The position numbers and the translations under genes were made by a program. From Ostreococcus lucimarinus (lineage: Eukaryota): DNA of 64,000 nt. Under the pieces are notes generated by a model. That model did not search any database. It saw only the letters and a list, made by a program, of their open reading frames with translations, and was not told the origin of the DNA. The stretch lies in the NCBI GenBank assembly GCA_000092065.1, contig CP000584.1; one strand, given 5' to 3'. Position 1 is the stretch's first letter; each line of letters begins with the position of its first letter. Below, one piece after another: positions 1 through 9,174 of this stretch.

Positions 1-520
1 CCGGCACGGTGACGACGGCTTGCGACACGCCGTGTCCCAAGTACGCCTCCGCCGTTTCCTTCATCTTTTGCAACACGAAGGCGCCCACCTGGGAGGGAGA
101 ATATTGCTTCCCACCGGCGGCAACCCAGGCGTCGCCGTTCGACGCCTTGACAATTTCATACGGCACGAGCTTGGCTTCCTTTTGCGTGTGCTCGTCCTCG
201 AACGTGCGCCCAATGAGACGCTTCGTCGCGTACAAGGTATTCGTCGGGTTCGTCACCGCCTGCCGCTTCGCCGGCTGCCCGACCAAACGCTCCCCCTTAT
301 CCGTGAACGCCACCATCGACGGCGTCGTTCGCGCGCCCTCGGCGTTCTCGATCACGCGCGCATTCTTTCCCTCCATCACCGCCACACACGAGTTCGTCGT
401 TCCGAGATCGATCCCGATGACGTCGCCGCCCTTCGCGTACCCGCGCGTAAACGCCGCCGACGCCGCTCTCGCGTTCAACCATCCACCCTCGGGCGCGATC
501 GCGTCTCGCGCCGCATATCT
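1..520 (-). CDS. Mitochondrial-type HSP70 (DnaK family), N-terminal ATPase part; the gene continues past the window start towards its C-terminus
   Basis: Minus-strand translation reads ...[96 protein letters not shown]...[29 protein letters not shown]. These are hallmark mtHsp70/DnaK motifs ([29 protein letters not shown]). The listed + ORF 9..530 is the antisense shadow of this gene. There is no in-frame ATG between GIDLG and an upstream TGA. A T-rich tract plus CAG (about 521-541) looks like a 3' splice acceptor, so the Met and presequence are probably in an upstream exon. Confidence 0.85.
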
Positions 521-947
521 CTGTCGATAAAGAAAAATCACGCGATCGCGCGTCGTTCATCGTCAGTCCCGCGTCCATCGCCGCGTCTCTCGTCCCGCGT
601 CGCCGTCGTCCCGAACCTCTCCCGCGCGCGTCCCGACCGCGCGCGTCGAGACCCCCCCCCCGCCGTCCTCCCCGCGCCCGTTCGCCCGTTCGCGTCGCGT
701 CGATTCGCGCGTCGCGCGCGCCGACGCACGTGCACCGCGCTTCTCGTCGCCCGCGCCGCGCTCTCGCGCAAAAACCGCCGCATCGTTCGTCGTCCCGCCG
801 TCGATCGAAGCAATCTTCGTCAACCTCCGATGCGTCGTCGTCGCGCTGTGCGTCTCGCTCGCGTCGCGCGCGTCTCGGCCTGTCGTCGCTCGAGCGCGCC
901 GTCTGTCGATCTTCGTCGCGTCGCGCGCTCGGCCGTCGCGTCGTCGT

Positions 948-3900
948 GTGCGCGCGCGCGGCGTCGCGCCGCGCGTGACGTCGGCGCGATTTCGGCGCGC
1001 GAGTCCCCAGCGCTCGAGTCACGACTCGTCGATGGGTCTTTCACGCGCGCGTCGACGCCGTCGCGCGGCACACCGCGTCGCCGCGATGACGGACGCGCCG
1101 CCGGCGCGCGGCGAGATCCTCGCGCACTTCTGGTCGCTGAGCGCCGACGACGCGTCGACGCGGAAGCGCGCGTGCGAGGCGCTGATGCGCGATCTTCGAG
1201 CCGCCGCCGCCGCCGACGGCGCGCGCGCGCGGCGTGGCGACGACGACGGCGACGAAGGCGCGGACGCGCGGGCGTACGCGCTGCGAAGACTCACGCGAGG
1301 GCTGAGCTCGGGACGGGCGGGCGCGAGGCAGGGGTTCGCGCTGGCGCTGAGCGAACTGGCGACGCACGCGGCGACGCCGGCGGAGGCGCTGGACGCGCTG
1401 GACGCGAACGTCGCGCCGATCACGAAGGCGACGAAGGGACAGGAGGCGAGAGACATACTGTTGGGAAGACTGTTCGGGGCGGCGGCGATCGGATTAGCGC
1501 TGGGAGGGCGAGAAGACGTGCGCGAGGAGGAGCGGAGACGGTGCGGGGCGGAGGTGGCGAGACGCGCGGAGACGCTGTCGAGGGAGAAGACGTACTTGGC
1601 GGAGCCCGCGGCGGCGTGCGTGATCGAGCTCAGGGCTTCGTTGGGGGACGAGACGTTCGCGGGGGTGGTCGAAGACGCGGGAGAAGGGTTGGAGCGGTGG
1701 TTGAGCGGGGATTGCGGCGGCGACGCCGGGGCGGATACGCTTTGGCTGGCGTGCGAGACGTTTGAGGCGTTGCCGCGCGAGACGCGCGATAGAGTTCAGT
1801 GCGTGCGGGCGACGAAGAAGGGCAAGAAGGTTGATTGGGCCGAGATGTTTACTCGAACGCATTTGAGTAAGATTTCAAAGGCGCTTTTGGACACCGCGCA
1901 CACGCACCCGCGCATGCACAGCGCGTGGGAGATGATGCTTCGCGAAGCCCCGGGAGCCCGAGGCGTCGTACCGCTGTGGGAGATTGTGTGCGAAGACGGC
2001 TTATTCGTCTCCGGCTCGCATCAGCGTCGGTTTCTCGGATTCCGCGTGTTCGACACCTTACTCTCTTCCGCGGAAGCTCACGAAATCCCCGCACTGTTTT
2101 CTAGCAACTTTATCAAGTGCTTGTTGAACAACCTGAGCGCGCCGGACAACTACCTCCACGAATGCGCGGTGGACTGTTTGGCGAGAATCGTTGCGTTCGC
2201 GTCGGATAAGAAGACGAGCTCGGAGAAGAAGATTGCCGTCATAGCCGCGCTTCAGCGTCAAGGTCCGACACGTTTCGATAACGTGACGAAGACAAACGCG
2301 GTGCAGGACTTGGTGAAGAGTCTGGACAGCGACGATGCGTTGCACTACTTGCAGAGCATGTACGCCGTCGTGACTAAGGCGCCCGTACAAGATTCCGACG
2401 TCGTCGGCACAGAAGAAGAACTCGCGAGCGCGTTAGCGAACGGTACGGGTCAAAAGCGCCGCCTGTGGGCGCTCGAACAAATGGCTGGATTGGCGCCGAT
2501 GCTCCCGAGCGATAAAGTCGTGGAATTGATGCAGTTTATGCTTTTCCACGCATATTACAAAGCCACGGATGGTAAGGCGGGGAAGAAGGGCAAGTCCAAC
2601 ATTCCAGCGAGCATCCTGAAGTCACCGCTCGAAGAACCCACCGGGTCCGTGCGCTCGGCGTGCTCGACGCGCTTCTTAGCGATGATCAATTCTAACGTTC
2701 GCGCGCAACGCGCGGCGGCAAGTAAGGAGTCGGATGACAAGCAAGACGTCGTCGATTTATTGAGCGAAGCCACTTCGTTTTGCCGCGCTCTCGAGGGCGA
2801 GACAGCGGTGGACATGATCGACAGTATTCCGGACGAGTGCAGAGAAGTGCGCGCTGAGCTGTTCAAAGCCCTCGACGCGTGTGTCGGTAGCGGCGACGAG
2901 TTGGCGGCGAAGGTCGCACCACTCATTCGCGTCTTGTCCGTGCTCCAAGTCGGTGACTGGCGCGAATTCACGCCGGCATTGCAGGACCTTCCGCGTTGCG
3001 TCGGAGAACTCGTGAATCCTAAGAAAAAGTCAAAAAAGTCGAAAAAGTCGAAGAAAGACGGAGAGGACGAGCCTGAAGCGATCGATGTGCTCACTGATAT
3101 TCTTCTCAGCTTGCTTGCTCAACCGAGCGCGTTGCTTCGGGATGTCGTCGAGCACACCTTCAAAGCCGTCTCTGGACAAGTTTCCAAAGAAGGTATTCAG
3201 GACATGCTGCGAATCATCGCCGGGCCAGAAGTCGGTGAAGATGCTGGCGAGGGTGAGGGCGACGGTGAAGACGAAGACGTGCTCATGGAAGATGATGATA
3301 GCGACGTCGATGACGACGATGACGACGACGAAGAGAGCGACGACGACGACGATGACGAAGAGAGCGATGACGAGGAAGACTACGGTGAAGCTAACGATGC
3401 GGAAATCGCGGCTATGCGCGCTGCGGCGAGTAAAATCGTCGGGACTGCGGCGGAAGATTCGGATGATTCTGACTCAGAGTCTGAAGGTATGGATGACGCC
3501 GCGATGTTCCGAATCGACAAACTTCTCGCCGAGGCGTTCAAGAGTCGACAGCAAGATTTGATGCGTAAGAAGAATCTGAAGCGCGCAACGCGCGACTTCA
3601 AATTCCGAGTCATCTCTTTGTTCCAGTTGTACGCGAAAGCGCAGCCGGGAAGTGCATATCTACCTAACGCGGTCGTAACACTCTTGGAAGCTATGCGCGA
3701 CTCGCTCGGCAAGCAAGATCCACAAAGCGCGCAACTCGCTGAGCGCATCGCGGCGCTAATCAGCAAGCACATCGCGCACGCGCGCGATTTGCCCGAGCTC
3801 CTTGGGGACGAGGTGACGTCAAAAACAATCCAGTCCAAGTTGCTGGAAGTCATTGTCGCCGCAAACCGGGGTGCCAGTGACGCGCAGGTGTTCAACAAAG

Positions 3901-4706
3901 CAGCCGGCGCTGCTGCGGCGTATTTGTTGCGCGTTCTCGAAGCCGTCGCTCTTCACGAGAAAGGCGGAAAAGCCGCAAAGGTGGGTGAAGAAGTTGCGAG
4001 CGAAAATGCGATCGATTGTTTCCGCGAAGCATTGAAAATGTTCAAGTCGAAGAAGAGCAAGCTGAAAACGGGCTTCTTTTCGCAAACTTTTGCGAGACAT
4101 CCGGCGCTCGCTTCGGCGCTCTTGCCCGAATTGTTCAGTCTCGTCGCCATCGATGCCGACAAACCCAACGCAAGAGGCGAGTTCCTGCGACTGGAGGCCT
4201 TGAAACTTGTGAACCCAGTGATTCAGTCGGGTAAGAAACGTTATCCGCCGTTGGCGAAGAGCGCGACCAAGTCGATGAAGACGCTTTCGGTATCTTTGGC
4301 GGCAGCCATCGGCGCGCCTTATAAGAACAAGAACACACGCGCAGACGCGTGCCAACAAGCGGCGAACTGCATCGAGTCACTGAATCGATTGATTGGCGAG
4401 ATAGAAATCAAGACTATCATCGACGTCGACGCCATCATCGACGCTGTGGCGAAGCAAATGTCTCGCCCGCCCGCGTTGCCGCAAAAGGCGCAAAAAGCGT
4501 TCCAGCGCATTTGCGCTCTCCTCGATCGCGCTGTGCCGGATGTCGAAATGCAACCCAAGAGCGATGCGAACGACGACGACGGCGACGACGGGAGCGAGTC
4601 TGAAGAAGACGCCCCGAAACAGAAGAAAGATAAAAAGTCGAAGAAGCGGCGCGATTCCTCAGGTGGCGAAAACTCGAGCAAGAAAAAGGTCAAGAAGAAC
4701 CGTTAG
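948..4706 (+). CDS. MYBBP1A: Myb-binding protein 1A / DNA polymerase V (POL5) family nucleolar protein
   Basis: The 1252-aa ORF matches the family by recalled similarity: IDVLTDILLSLLAQPSALLRDVV versus human VEVLVEILLALLAQPSHLMRQV, and DFKFRVISLFQLY versus DFQIRVLDLVEVL. It has a long acidic poly-Asp/Glu tract (about 3290-3370) and a Lys-rich C-terminal NLS (KKKVKKNR). The ORF-table start at 948 is a GTG. The real ATG is probably 1026 (MGLSRA) or 1086 (MTDAPP). Confidence 0.8.
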   Translation: MRARGVAPRVTSARFRRASPQRSSHDSSMGLSRARRRRRAAHRVAAMTDAPPARGEILAHFWSLSADDASTRKRACEALMRDLRAAAAADGARARRGDDDGDEGADARAYALRRLTRGLSSGRAGARQGFALALSELATHAATPAEALDALDANVAPITKATKGQEARDILLGRLFGAAAIGLALGGREDVREEERRRCGAEVARRAETLSREKTYLAEPAAACVIELRASLGDETFAGVVEDAGEGLERWLSGDCGGDAGADTLWLACETFEALPRETRDRVQCVRATKKGKKVDWAEMFTRTHLSKISKALLDTAHTHPRMHSAWEMMLREAPGARGVVPLWEIVCEDGLFVSGSHQRRFLGFRVFDTLLSSAEAHEIPALFSSNFIKCLLNNLSAPDNYLHECAVDCLARIVAFASDKKTSSEKKIAVIAALQRQGPTRFDNVTKTNAVQDLVKSLDSDDALHYLQSMYAVVTKAPVQDSDVVGTEEELASALANGTGQKRRLWALEQMAGLAPMLPSDKVVELMQFMLFHAYYKATDGKAGKKGKSNIPASILKSPLEEPTGSVRSACSTRFLAMINSNVRAQRAAASKESDDKQDVVDLLSEATSFCRALEGETAVDMIDSIPDECREVRAELFKALDACVGSGDELAAKVAPLIRVLSVLQVGDWREFTPALQDLPRCVGELVNPKKKSKKSKKSKKDGEDEPEAIDVLTDILLSLLAQPSALLRDVVEHTFKAVSGQVSKEGIQDMLRIIAGPEVGEDAGEGEGDGEDEDVLMEDDDSDVDDDDDDDEESDDDDDDEESDDEEDYGEANDAEIAAMRAAASKIVGTAAEDSDDSDSESEGMDDAAMFRIDKLLAEAFKSRQQDLMRKKNLKRATRDFKFRVISLFQLYAKAQPGSAYLPNAVVTLLEAMRDSLGKQDPQSAQLAERIAALISKHIAHARDLPELLGDEVTSKTIQSKLLEVIVAANRGASDAQVFNKAAGAAAAYLLRVLEAVALHEKGGKAAKVGEEVASENAIDCFREALKMFKSKKSKLKTGFFSQTFARHPALASALLPELFSLVAIDADKPNARGEFLRLEALKLVNPVIQSGKKRYPPLAKSATKSMKTLSVSLAAAIGAPYKNKNTRADACQQAANCIESLNRLIGEIEIKTIIDVDAIIDAVAKQMSRPPALPQKAQKAFQRICALLDRAVPDVEMQPKSDANDDDGDDGSESEEDAPKQKKDKKSKKRRDSSGGENSSKKKVKKNR

Positions 4707-4772
4707 ACGACGCACACTCGCACTAGTAGCAGTACACTCCGAGTTATAATACACCATCTCTATCTTAGTCTG

Positions 4773-5006
4773 TCACGCCTCTCCCGATATCTCCACGCGC
4801 TGTCGCTTCAACGAGGCCAAAATTTCGCGTCCTCGAGCCGCGTCCCGGTTCTGACGATGTCGTTTCGACGCCACGTGCGTCTCATAGTTGTTCCGCGACC
4901 CACACTTACACGCGCACACGTCGCAAAAGTAATCGTTCTCGCTTCCCGCGACGTGTGCGTCGTCCGATTTCGCCTCCACGACGTCGCCTTCCACCGCGCG
5001 CGCGTC

Positions 5007-5095
<89 letters not shown>

Positions 5096-5396
5096 CCGCC
5101 TCTCGCGCGCGCTTCCTCCCCACCGTCCGCGCCGCCTTCGCCGCCTTCCCCGCCTCGCCCGCCAGGAACCGCGCGCGCAATCGCTGTCGCGCCGCGACCG
5201 AGCGCGCCGAGCCGCCCTCGCCCAGCCGCACGCCCGCGAGTCCGCGATTCGTCGTCGCGACGCCGCCCTGGCCGCCGCCCTTGAACCCGTTCGACTTGAC
5301 GCTGACGTTTTTAATCTCGCGCGTCAGCCCGCGCCGACCGCCGAGATCGCGACTGGCCTTGGACGCGTGCCCGTCCTTCGGGCCGGGCGCGGGCAT
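4773..5396 (-). CDS. Small C2H2 (matrin/U1-type) zinc-finger protein with an internal poly-Thr/Ala tract
   Basis: The 207-aa ORF has a C-terminal YFCDVCACKCGSRNNYETHVASKRHRQN, a U1-like C2H2 finger. The middle is TTTTTTTTTAATATTTTTTTTTAAAA, encoded by a (GNC)n trinucleotide microsatellite at about 4990-5100. Confidence 0.6.
4990..5100. repeat. Coding trinucleotide microsatellite (CCG/TCG/GTC)n
   Basis: Runs of ccgccgccg and tcgtcgtcg in frame within the zinc-finger gene. They encode poly-Thr/Ala on the minus strand. Confidence 0.8.
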
Positions 5397-5474
5397 GACG
5401 GCGCGACCGAGAGTGACGACCGACGACGAAGAATGGCTCGTCGAAACGCGCCGACGAGGGAGAACGGAGTGGCA

Positions 5475-6167
5475 TCACAACGCGCGTAATTTATCCATGA
5501 TGGTCGGCTCGGGCGCGGGTAATAAATCGCGCGCCTCGTACAGACGCGATAAAATCCTGTCGCGCACCTCCGCGCTCATCTCCGCCGTGGCGCCGTTCTT
5601 CTTGTAAAACGCGCTCAACTCGCGCAGCGCCTCGGCGATGTCGGCGTACGACGCGCTCGAGGACGCCGACGCGCTCCCTCCGCCGCCATCGTACGATATG
5701 TACGCCTTCACCGCCTCCTTGGCCGGTTTCGCGAATTTATACCGCTCTCCCGGGGATTTATTCGCGTTTCGCGCCTCGTGCTCGAGCGACGTCGACAGCG
5801 CGTCGACGAGCTCGCGCGCGACTCTCGCGTAGTCCCTCGGGACGTCCTCCAGCGCGTTCGCCGCGTCCGTCGCCGTCGAGCACGCCCCCGCCGCGAGCGC
5901 GATCGCGTTCGTCGCGAAGAACGTTCGACGTCGCACGTCGCGCGCGTCCGCGCCGCCCGCGCCGTCGTCGTCGCGCGCCGTCGTCGACGTCGCGTCGTCG
6001 CCGCGCACCAGCCCGAGCGCCTCGCAGCGGAAGATTTCCCCGACGCACGGCGTCACGCGCACGAGATTCGCCCTCGAGCGCGGGTCGCACGCGCGCGCGG
6101 ACGCATCGCGTCGCGTCGCGCGCGTCGGCGTCGTCGCGCGCGTCGGCGTCGTCGCGCGCGTCGGCAT
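5475..6167 (-). CDS. Thylakoid-lumen protein, Psb27-like (PSII assembly/repair factor) with a bipartite transit peptide
   Basis: The C-terminal half looks like a real protein: YKFAKPAKEAVKAYISYDGG...SYADIAEALRELSAFYKKNGATAEMSAEVRDRILSRLYEARDLL. This resembles Psb27 (..NDYISRYR...SFTTMQTALNSLAGHYKSYPNRPVPEKLRERL) by memory. The N-terminus has an RR-TFFATNAIALAAGA twin-arginine motif, a hydrophobic stretch and AxA. Start is trimmed to the Met MPTRATT at about 6167. The ORF-table extension to 6479 is an R/A-rich read-through. A 21-bp tandem repeat (6110-6175) encodes TRATTPTRATTPTRAT. Confidence 0.5.
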   Translation of the reverse strand: MPTRATTPTRATTPTRATRRDASARACDPRSRANLVRVTPCVGEIFRCEALGLVRGDDATSTTARDDDGAGGADARDVRRRTFFATNAIALAAGACSTATDAANALEDVPRDYARVARELVDALSTSLEHEARNANKSPGERYKFAKPAKEAVKAYISYDGGGGSASASSSASYADIAEALRELSAFYKKNGATAEMSAEVRDRILSRLYEARDLLPAPEPTIMDKLRAL

Positions 6168-6180
6168 CGCGCGTCGGCGT

Positions 6181-6891
6181 GTGCCGACCAACGGTCTCGT
6201 CGCGCGGCGCGCGCGCGGCCCGCACACGACGACGCGCGTCGCGTCGAGCCGCGTCGAGTCGCGCCGACGGATGGCGACGCCGCGGACGCCGGCGCGCGCG
6301 CGCGCGACGGCGCGCGCGCGCGTCGACGCGCGCCGAGCGACGCGCGCGCGCGCGCGCGGGGAGAGTGCGCGCGCGGCGACGTCGGAAAACGCCGGCGCGC
6401 GCGTCGCGCTCGTCGCCGGCGCGCTCGCGGTGTCGCTGGCGCGCGACGTCGACGTCGCGAGGGCGTTCGTCGGCGACATCGCGCTCGACGACGTGCGGTA
6501 CGAGGCGATGGAGAGGTGTCCGGAGAATCAGTACGTGCCAAACAAACAGAAGACGACGTGCCTGCGGTTCACCGCGCGAGCGACGAATGCGGTGAAAGGA
6601 CGGACGATCGAGAGCGCGAACGTGTTTGGGTTCGTGGAAGACGCGCAAGGGAACAGCGCGGCGACGGTGAACGCGGATGGGAATTCGAGGACGGTGTTGG
6701 CGAGCATCGACGCGCCGATACCGAAGGGCGAGTCCGACGTGCACTTCGTCGTCACGGTGTTCAAGGACTCGTTGGAGAATAATGGGCCGTTGAGATTGAA
6801 AGCGTTCAAGGCGGTGGGATCGGTGGCGGATATCGATAAGCGGTTCACGCCGTTCGACGCGTGCGAGGTCGATCCGGACTCGTGTCTTTGA
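6181..6891 (+). CDS. Hypothetical protein with an R/A/S-rich N-terminus followed by a hydrophobic segment (organelle-targeted?)
   Basis: The ORF ends in an AT-rich 3' region. The mature-looking part is CPENQYVPNKQKTTCLRFTARATNAVKGRTIESANVFGFVEDAQGNS...VHFVVTVFKDSLENNGPLRLKAFKAVGSVADIDKRFTPFDACEVDPDSCL. The N-terminal MATPRTPARARATARA...ARVALVAGALAVSLA looks like a transit peptide plus a signal segment. The real start may be 6271 (MATPRT). It lies head-to-head with the Psb27-like gene. Confidence 0.4.
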   Translation: MPTNGLVARRARGPHTTTRVASSRVESRRRMATPRTPARARATARARVDARRATRARARGESARAATSENAGARVALVAGALAVSLARDVDVARAFVGDIALDDVRYEAMERCPENQYVPNKQKTTCLRFTARATNAVKGRTIESANVFGFVEDAQGNSAATVNADGNSRTVLASIDAPIPKGESDVHFVVTVFKDSLENNGPLRLKAFKAVGSVADIDKRFTPFDACEVDPDSCL

Positions 6892-6986
6892 TTTAGGCGG
6901 TTAATTTAATTACAAGGCGTGTGACGTGTTAAAATGCACATAAATGTTTAAGTCAAACATGCGTCCTCTTAAGACTTCTCTCTGCG

Positions 6987-8768
6987 CTAGTAAAGACCGA
7001 TGAACTTCCACCACGACATACCGACGGTGCCATAGATGAAAAAGTTTACCACGGACATGTACAAGCCCTGTTTCCAAAGCTTGTTCAAACTGATTTCACC
7101 CGCGCCAAAGTATACAGCAGCTTGTCCACTGGCGTAGTGCGTCAAACCACCCATGTTGTTCGTGTTGAATGCCAACGAAAGCGCCGCGAGCGGCGGTGGC
7201 ACGCCCGCCGCCAAGAGGAGCGTCAGGAACGCCGGATACAACGCGCCGACGTGCGCCGACTGAGACGCGAAGAAGTAGTGCAAGAAGAAGTAAAACACAT
7301 GGAGCGCTGTGAACATACCCCACACGCCCAAGTTCAGGCTCAAGAGGTACGTAGACACGAATCCACTCAACCAGGAGACGACGCCCATCGCGTTGAGCTG
7401 GCCGCTGAAACCGACCAAAACGGCGAACCAAATCAGCGTATCCCATGAGCCTTTTTGCCCGAGCGCTTCGTCCCAAGACAGCACGCCGAACATGAGCATG
7501 AAGCACATGCCAATCATGGCCGCAACTACGGCGCTGATACCGAGCTGGACGCCGAACACCCACAAAAACACAGTCAAACTGAGCGACCCGACCATCTTCT
7601 TCTCGATGCTACTCAAAGGGCCGAGTTGTTTGAGACGTTCTGCTGCCGCCATGGGCGCCTCCGGGGTCTCGTTCAGCTCCGGTGGATCGAGCATAAACAC
7701 TACGAACGGAGTAGCGAGAAGTGACACGAGCGCGGGCACGCTCGCCGCGACGAACCAAGTATTGAACGGGTTCGAGAATGGAATTCCGCTCTGCAGTGCG
7801 ATTTGCATCGCCAAAAAGTTTTGAGCGGCACCAGATAACAAAAATGTCGACGTCGCGCTCGTGCCTTGGATTTGTTGTCCGATGAGATACTCTCGCGTGC
7901 GCTTATCGAGCGACTTGATGACCGGTACGAAGACACCAGCCGCTCGCGCGGTGGTGGACGGCATCGCCGGCGAAAGCAACGCCTCGGCGATTTGAAAACC
8001 GTACGCGAGTGAAAGCGTCGTCCCACCCGCGATGGACACGAAAAGCAACGCCAATCTATCACCAAAGCCAGTTTTTATGAACGCCCTGGCAAAAAACCCC
8101 GTGACGACGATGAGCCACACGACCTCGTTCGTTATCGCGCTCATACCCTGCGTAAACGTAAGCGTCTTCGTCGCCAGCGCCACCGTCAACGCCCCGAACG
8201 CCCACGCCCCGATCGGCATCGGTTTCAGCACTAAACCCGTCACCGTACTCACAAATATACTCAACAAGTCCCACGCCGGTGGATCCAGCGCCGCTGGACA
8301 ACCGATCCCGAACCGCAAAAACGCCCCGACCCCGACGGCGACGAGCGCGTTCGTCACGTTCAACTCGTCCGCCTCCTCCACCACCGCTCTCGTCGTCGAC
8401 GCGCCTCCCGCCGCGCTCACCGTCACATCCACCGTCTCCTTCTCGCCGTCTCCATCACCGTTCGACGACCGCATCGCGACCCGTCTCGCGCGTCTCGTCG
8501 TCCCTCGCGCGTCTCCCAGACACCCGATCGCGCGTTCGCCTCCCCCGTCGCCTCCGACCGCGTCCCGTCGCGCGCGCGCGCCGACGCGAACGAACCCATC
8601 GTACACGCTTCGCGCCTTGGCCTCGCACGTCTCTCCTCGCGCGCGGCGTCGCGCGCCGACGTGCGCGAAACGCGTCGCTTTTTGATTCCGGCGGCTCGAC
8701 GCGCGCGCGCGCGCGCCGTCGCACCGCGATCGCTCGACGCCCAGCGCGGGCGCGGCGACGACGCGCAT
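6987..8768 (-). CDS. Plastidic dicarboxylate (2-oxoglutarate/malate) translocator, DiT-type, DASS/SLC13 family
   Basis: The 593-aa ORF has an ATG at 8768, an R/A/S-rich transit-peptide-like N-terminus, then about 12 TM segments with DASS-family character (PIGAWAFGALTVALATKTLTF..., C-terminal ...GTVGMSWWKFIGLY). Confidence 0.65.
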   Translation of the reverse strand: MRVVAAPALGVERSRCDGARARASSRRNQKATRFAHVGARRRARGETCEAKARSVYDGFVRVGARARRDAVGGDGGGERAIGCLGDARGTTRRARRVAMRSSNGDGDGEKETVDVTVSAAGGASTTRAVVEEADELNVTNALVAVGVGAFLRFGIGCPAALDPPAWDLLSIFVSTVTGLVLKPMPIGAWAFGALTVALATKTLTFTQGMSAITNEVVWLIVVTGFFARAFIKTGFGDRLALLFVSIAGGTTLSLAYGFQIAEALLSPAMPSTTARAAGVFVPVIKSLDKRTREYLIGQQIQGTSATSTFLLSGAAQNFLAMQIALQSGIPFSNPFNTWFVAASVPALVSLLATPFVVFMLDPPELNETPEAPMAAAERLKQLGPLSSIEKKMVGSLSLTVFLWVFGVQLGISAVVAAMIGMCFMLMFGVLSWDEALGQKGSWDTLIWFAVLVGFSGQLNAMGVVSWLSGFVSTYLLSLNLGVWGMFTALHVFYFFLHYFFASQSAHVGALYPAFLTLLLAAGVPPPLAALSLAFNTNNMGGLTHYASGQAAVYFGAGEISLNKLWKQGLYMSVVNFFIYGTVGMSWWKFIGLY

Positions 8769-9174
8769 CGTCCGTTCGCTGCGCGGCTCGCACGCGCGGG
8801 CGCTCGCGCGTGCGCGTGTGAAGAGCGCGCCGCGCGCGAATCACTTTTTGGAAATGGTCACGCGGCGACGGTCGGCCGGTCGACGGCGCCGCGGGACGAC
8901 GAGCGAAACGCGAGAGCGAAGCGCGCGACGAAGCGCGCGAAATGGATGCATGGCCGCTGTGAATACACGCGAACTAATGATGATGCGCGAGAAAATCCGA
9001 GACGCACGCGCGGGAGACGGAATATCGACGCGAGCGGGGCGCGCCGAAGCGCGCGTGACCGCTCGCGCGTCACGGAGCGGAGAGGCTCGACGTCGTCTCC
9101 GCGGACGTTTGAAACGCGGATATATCGCGCGCGGCGTCGTCGATGGATGACGACGACGACGCGAAATAATGTGG

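Noticed and set aside
9-530. + strand 173-aa ORF at the window start
   Set aside because: It is the antisense shadow of the minus-strand mtHsp70 coding region, and the HSP70 reading is unambiguous.
20-1765. The 581-aa + ORF and many similar long Arg/Ala/Gly-rich ORFs (for example 5758..6744 -, 5778..6782 +, 22676..23878 +, 22863..24005 -, 29149..30831 +, 30213..31196 -, 43378..44553 +, 53590..54576 +)
   Set aside because: These are low-complexity translations of (CG)-rich DNA lacking stop codons. They overlap well-supported genes on the other strand or in another frame and resemble no protein family. They are a typical GC-bias artefact.
8800-9174. Candidate SECIS-like strings (TGAcgcgcgagcggTCA, GTGAccatttccAAAAAgTGA) in the SelU 3' region
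   Set aside because: One is a simple Watson-Crick palindrome. None shows the ATGA/GA quartet with an appropriately spaced AA apical loop. I cannot call a SECIS by eye, so I left it as an open check rather than a feature.
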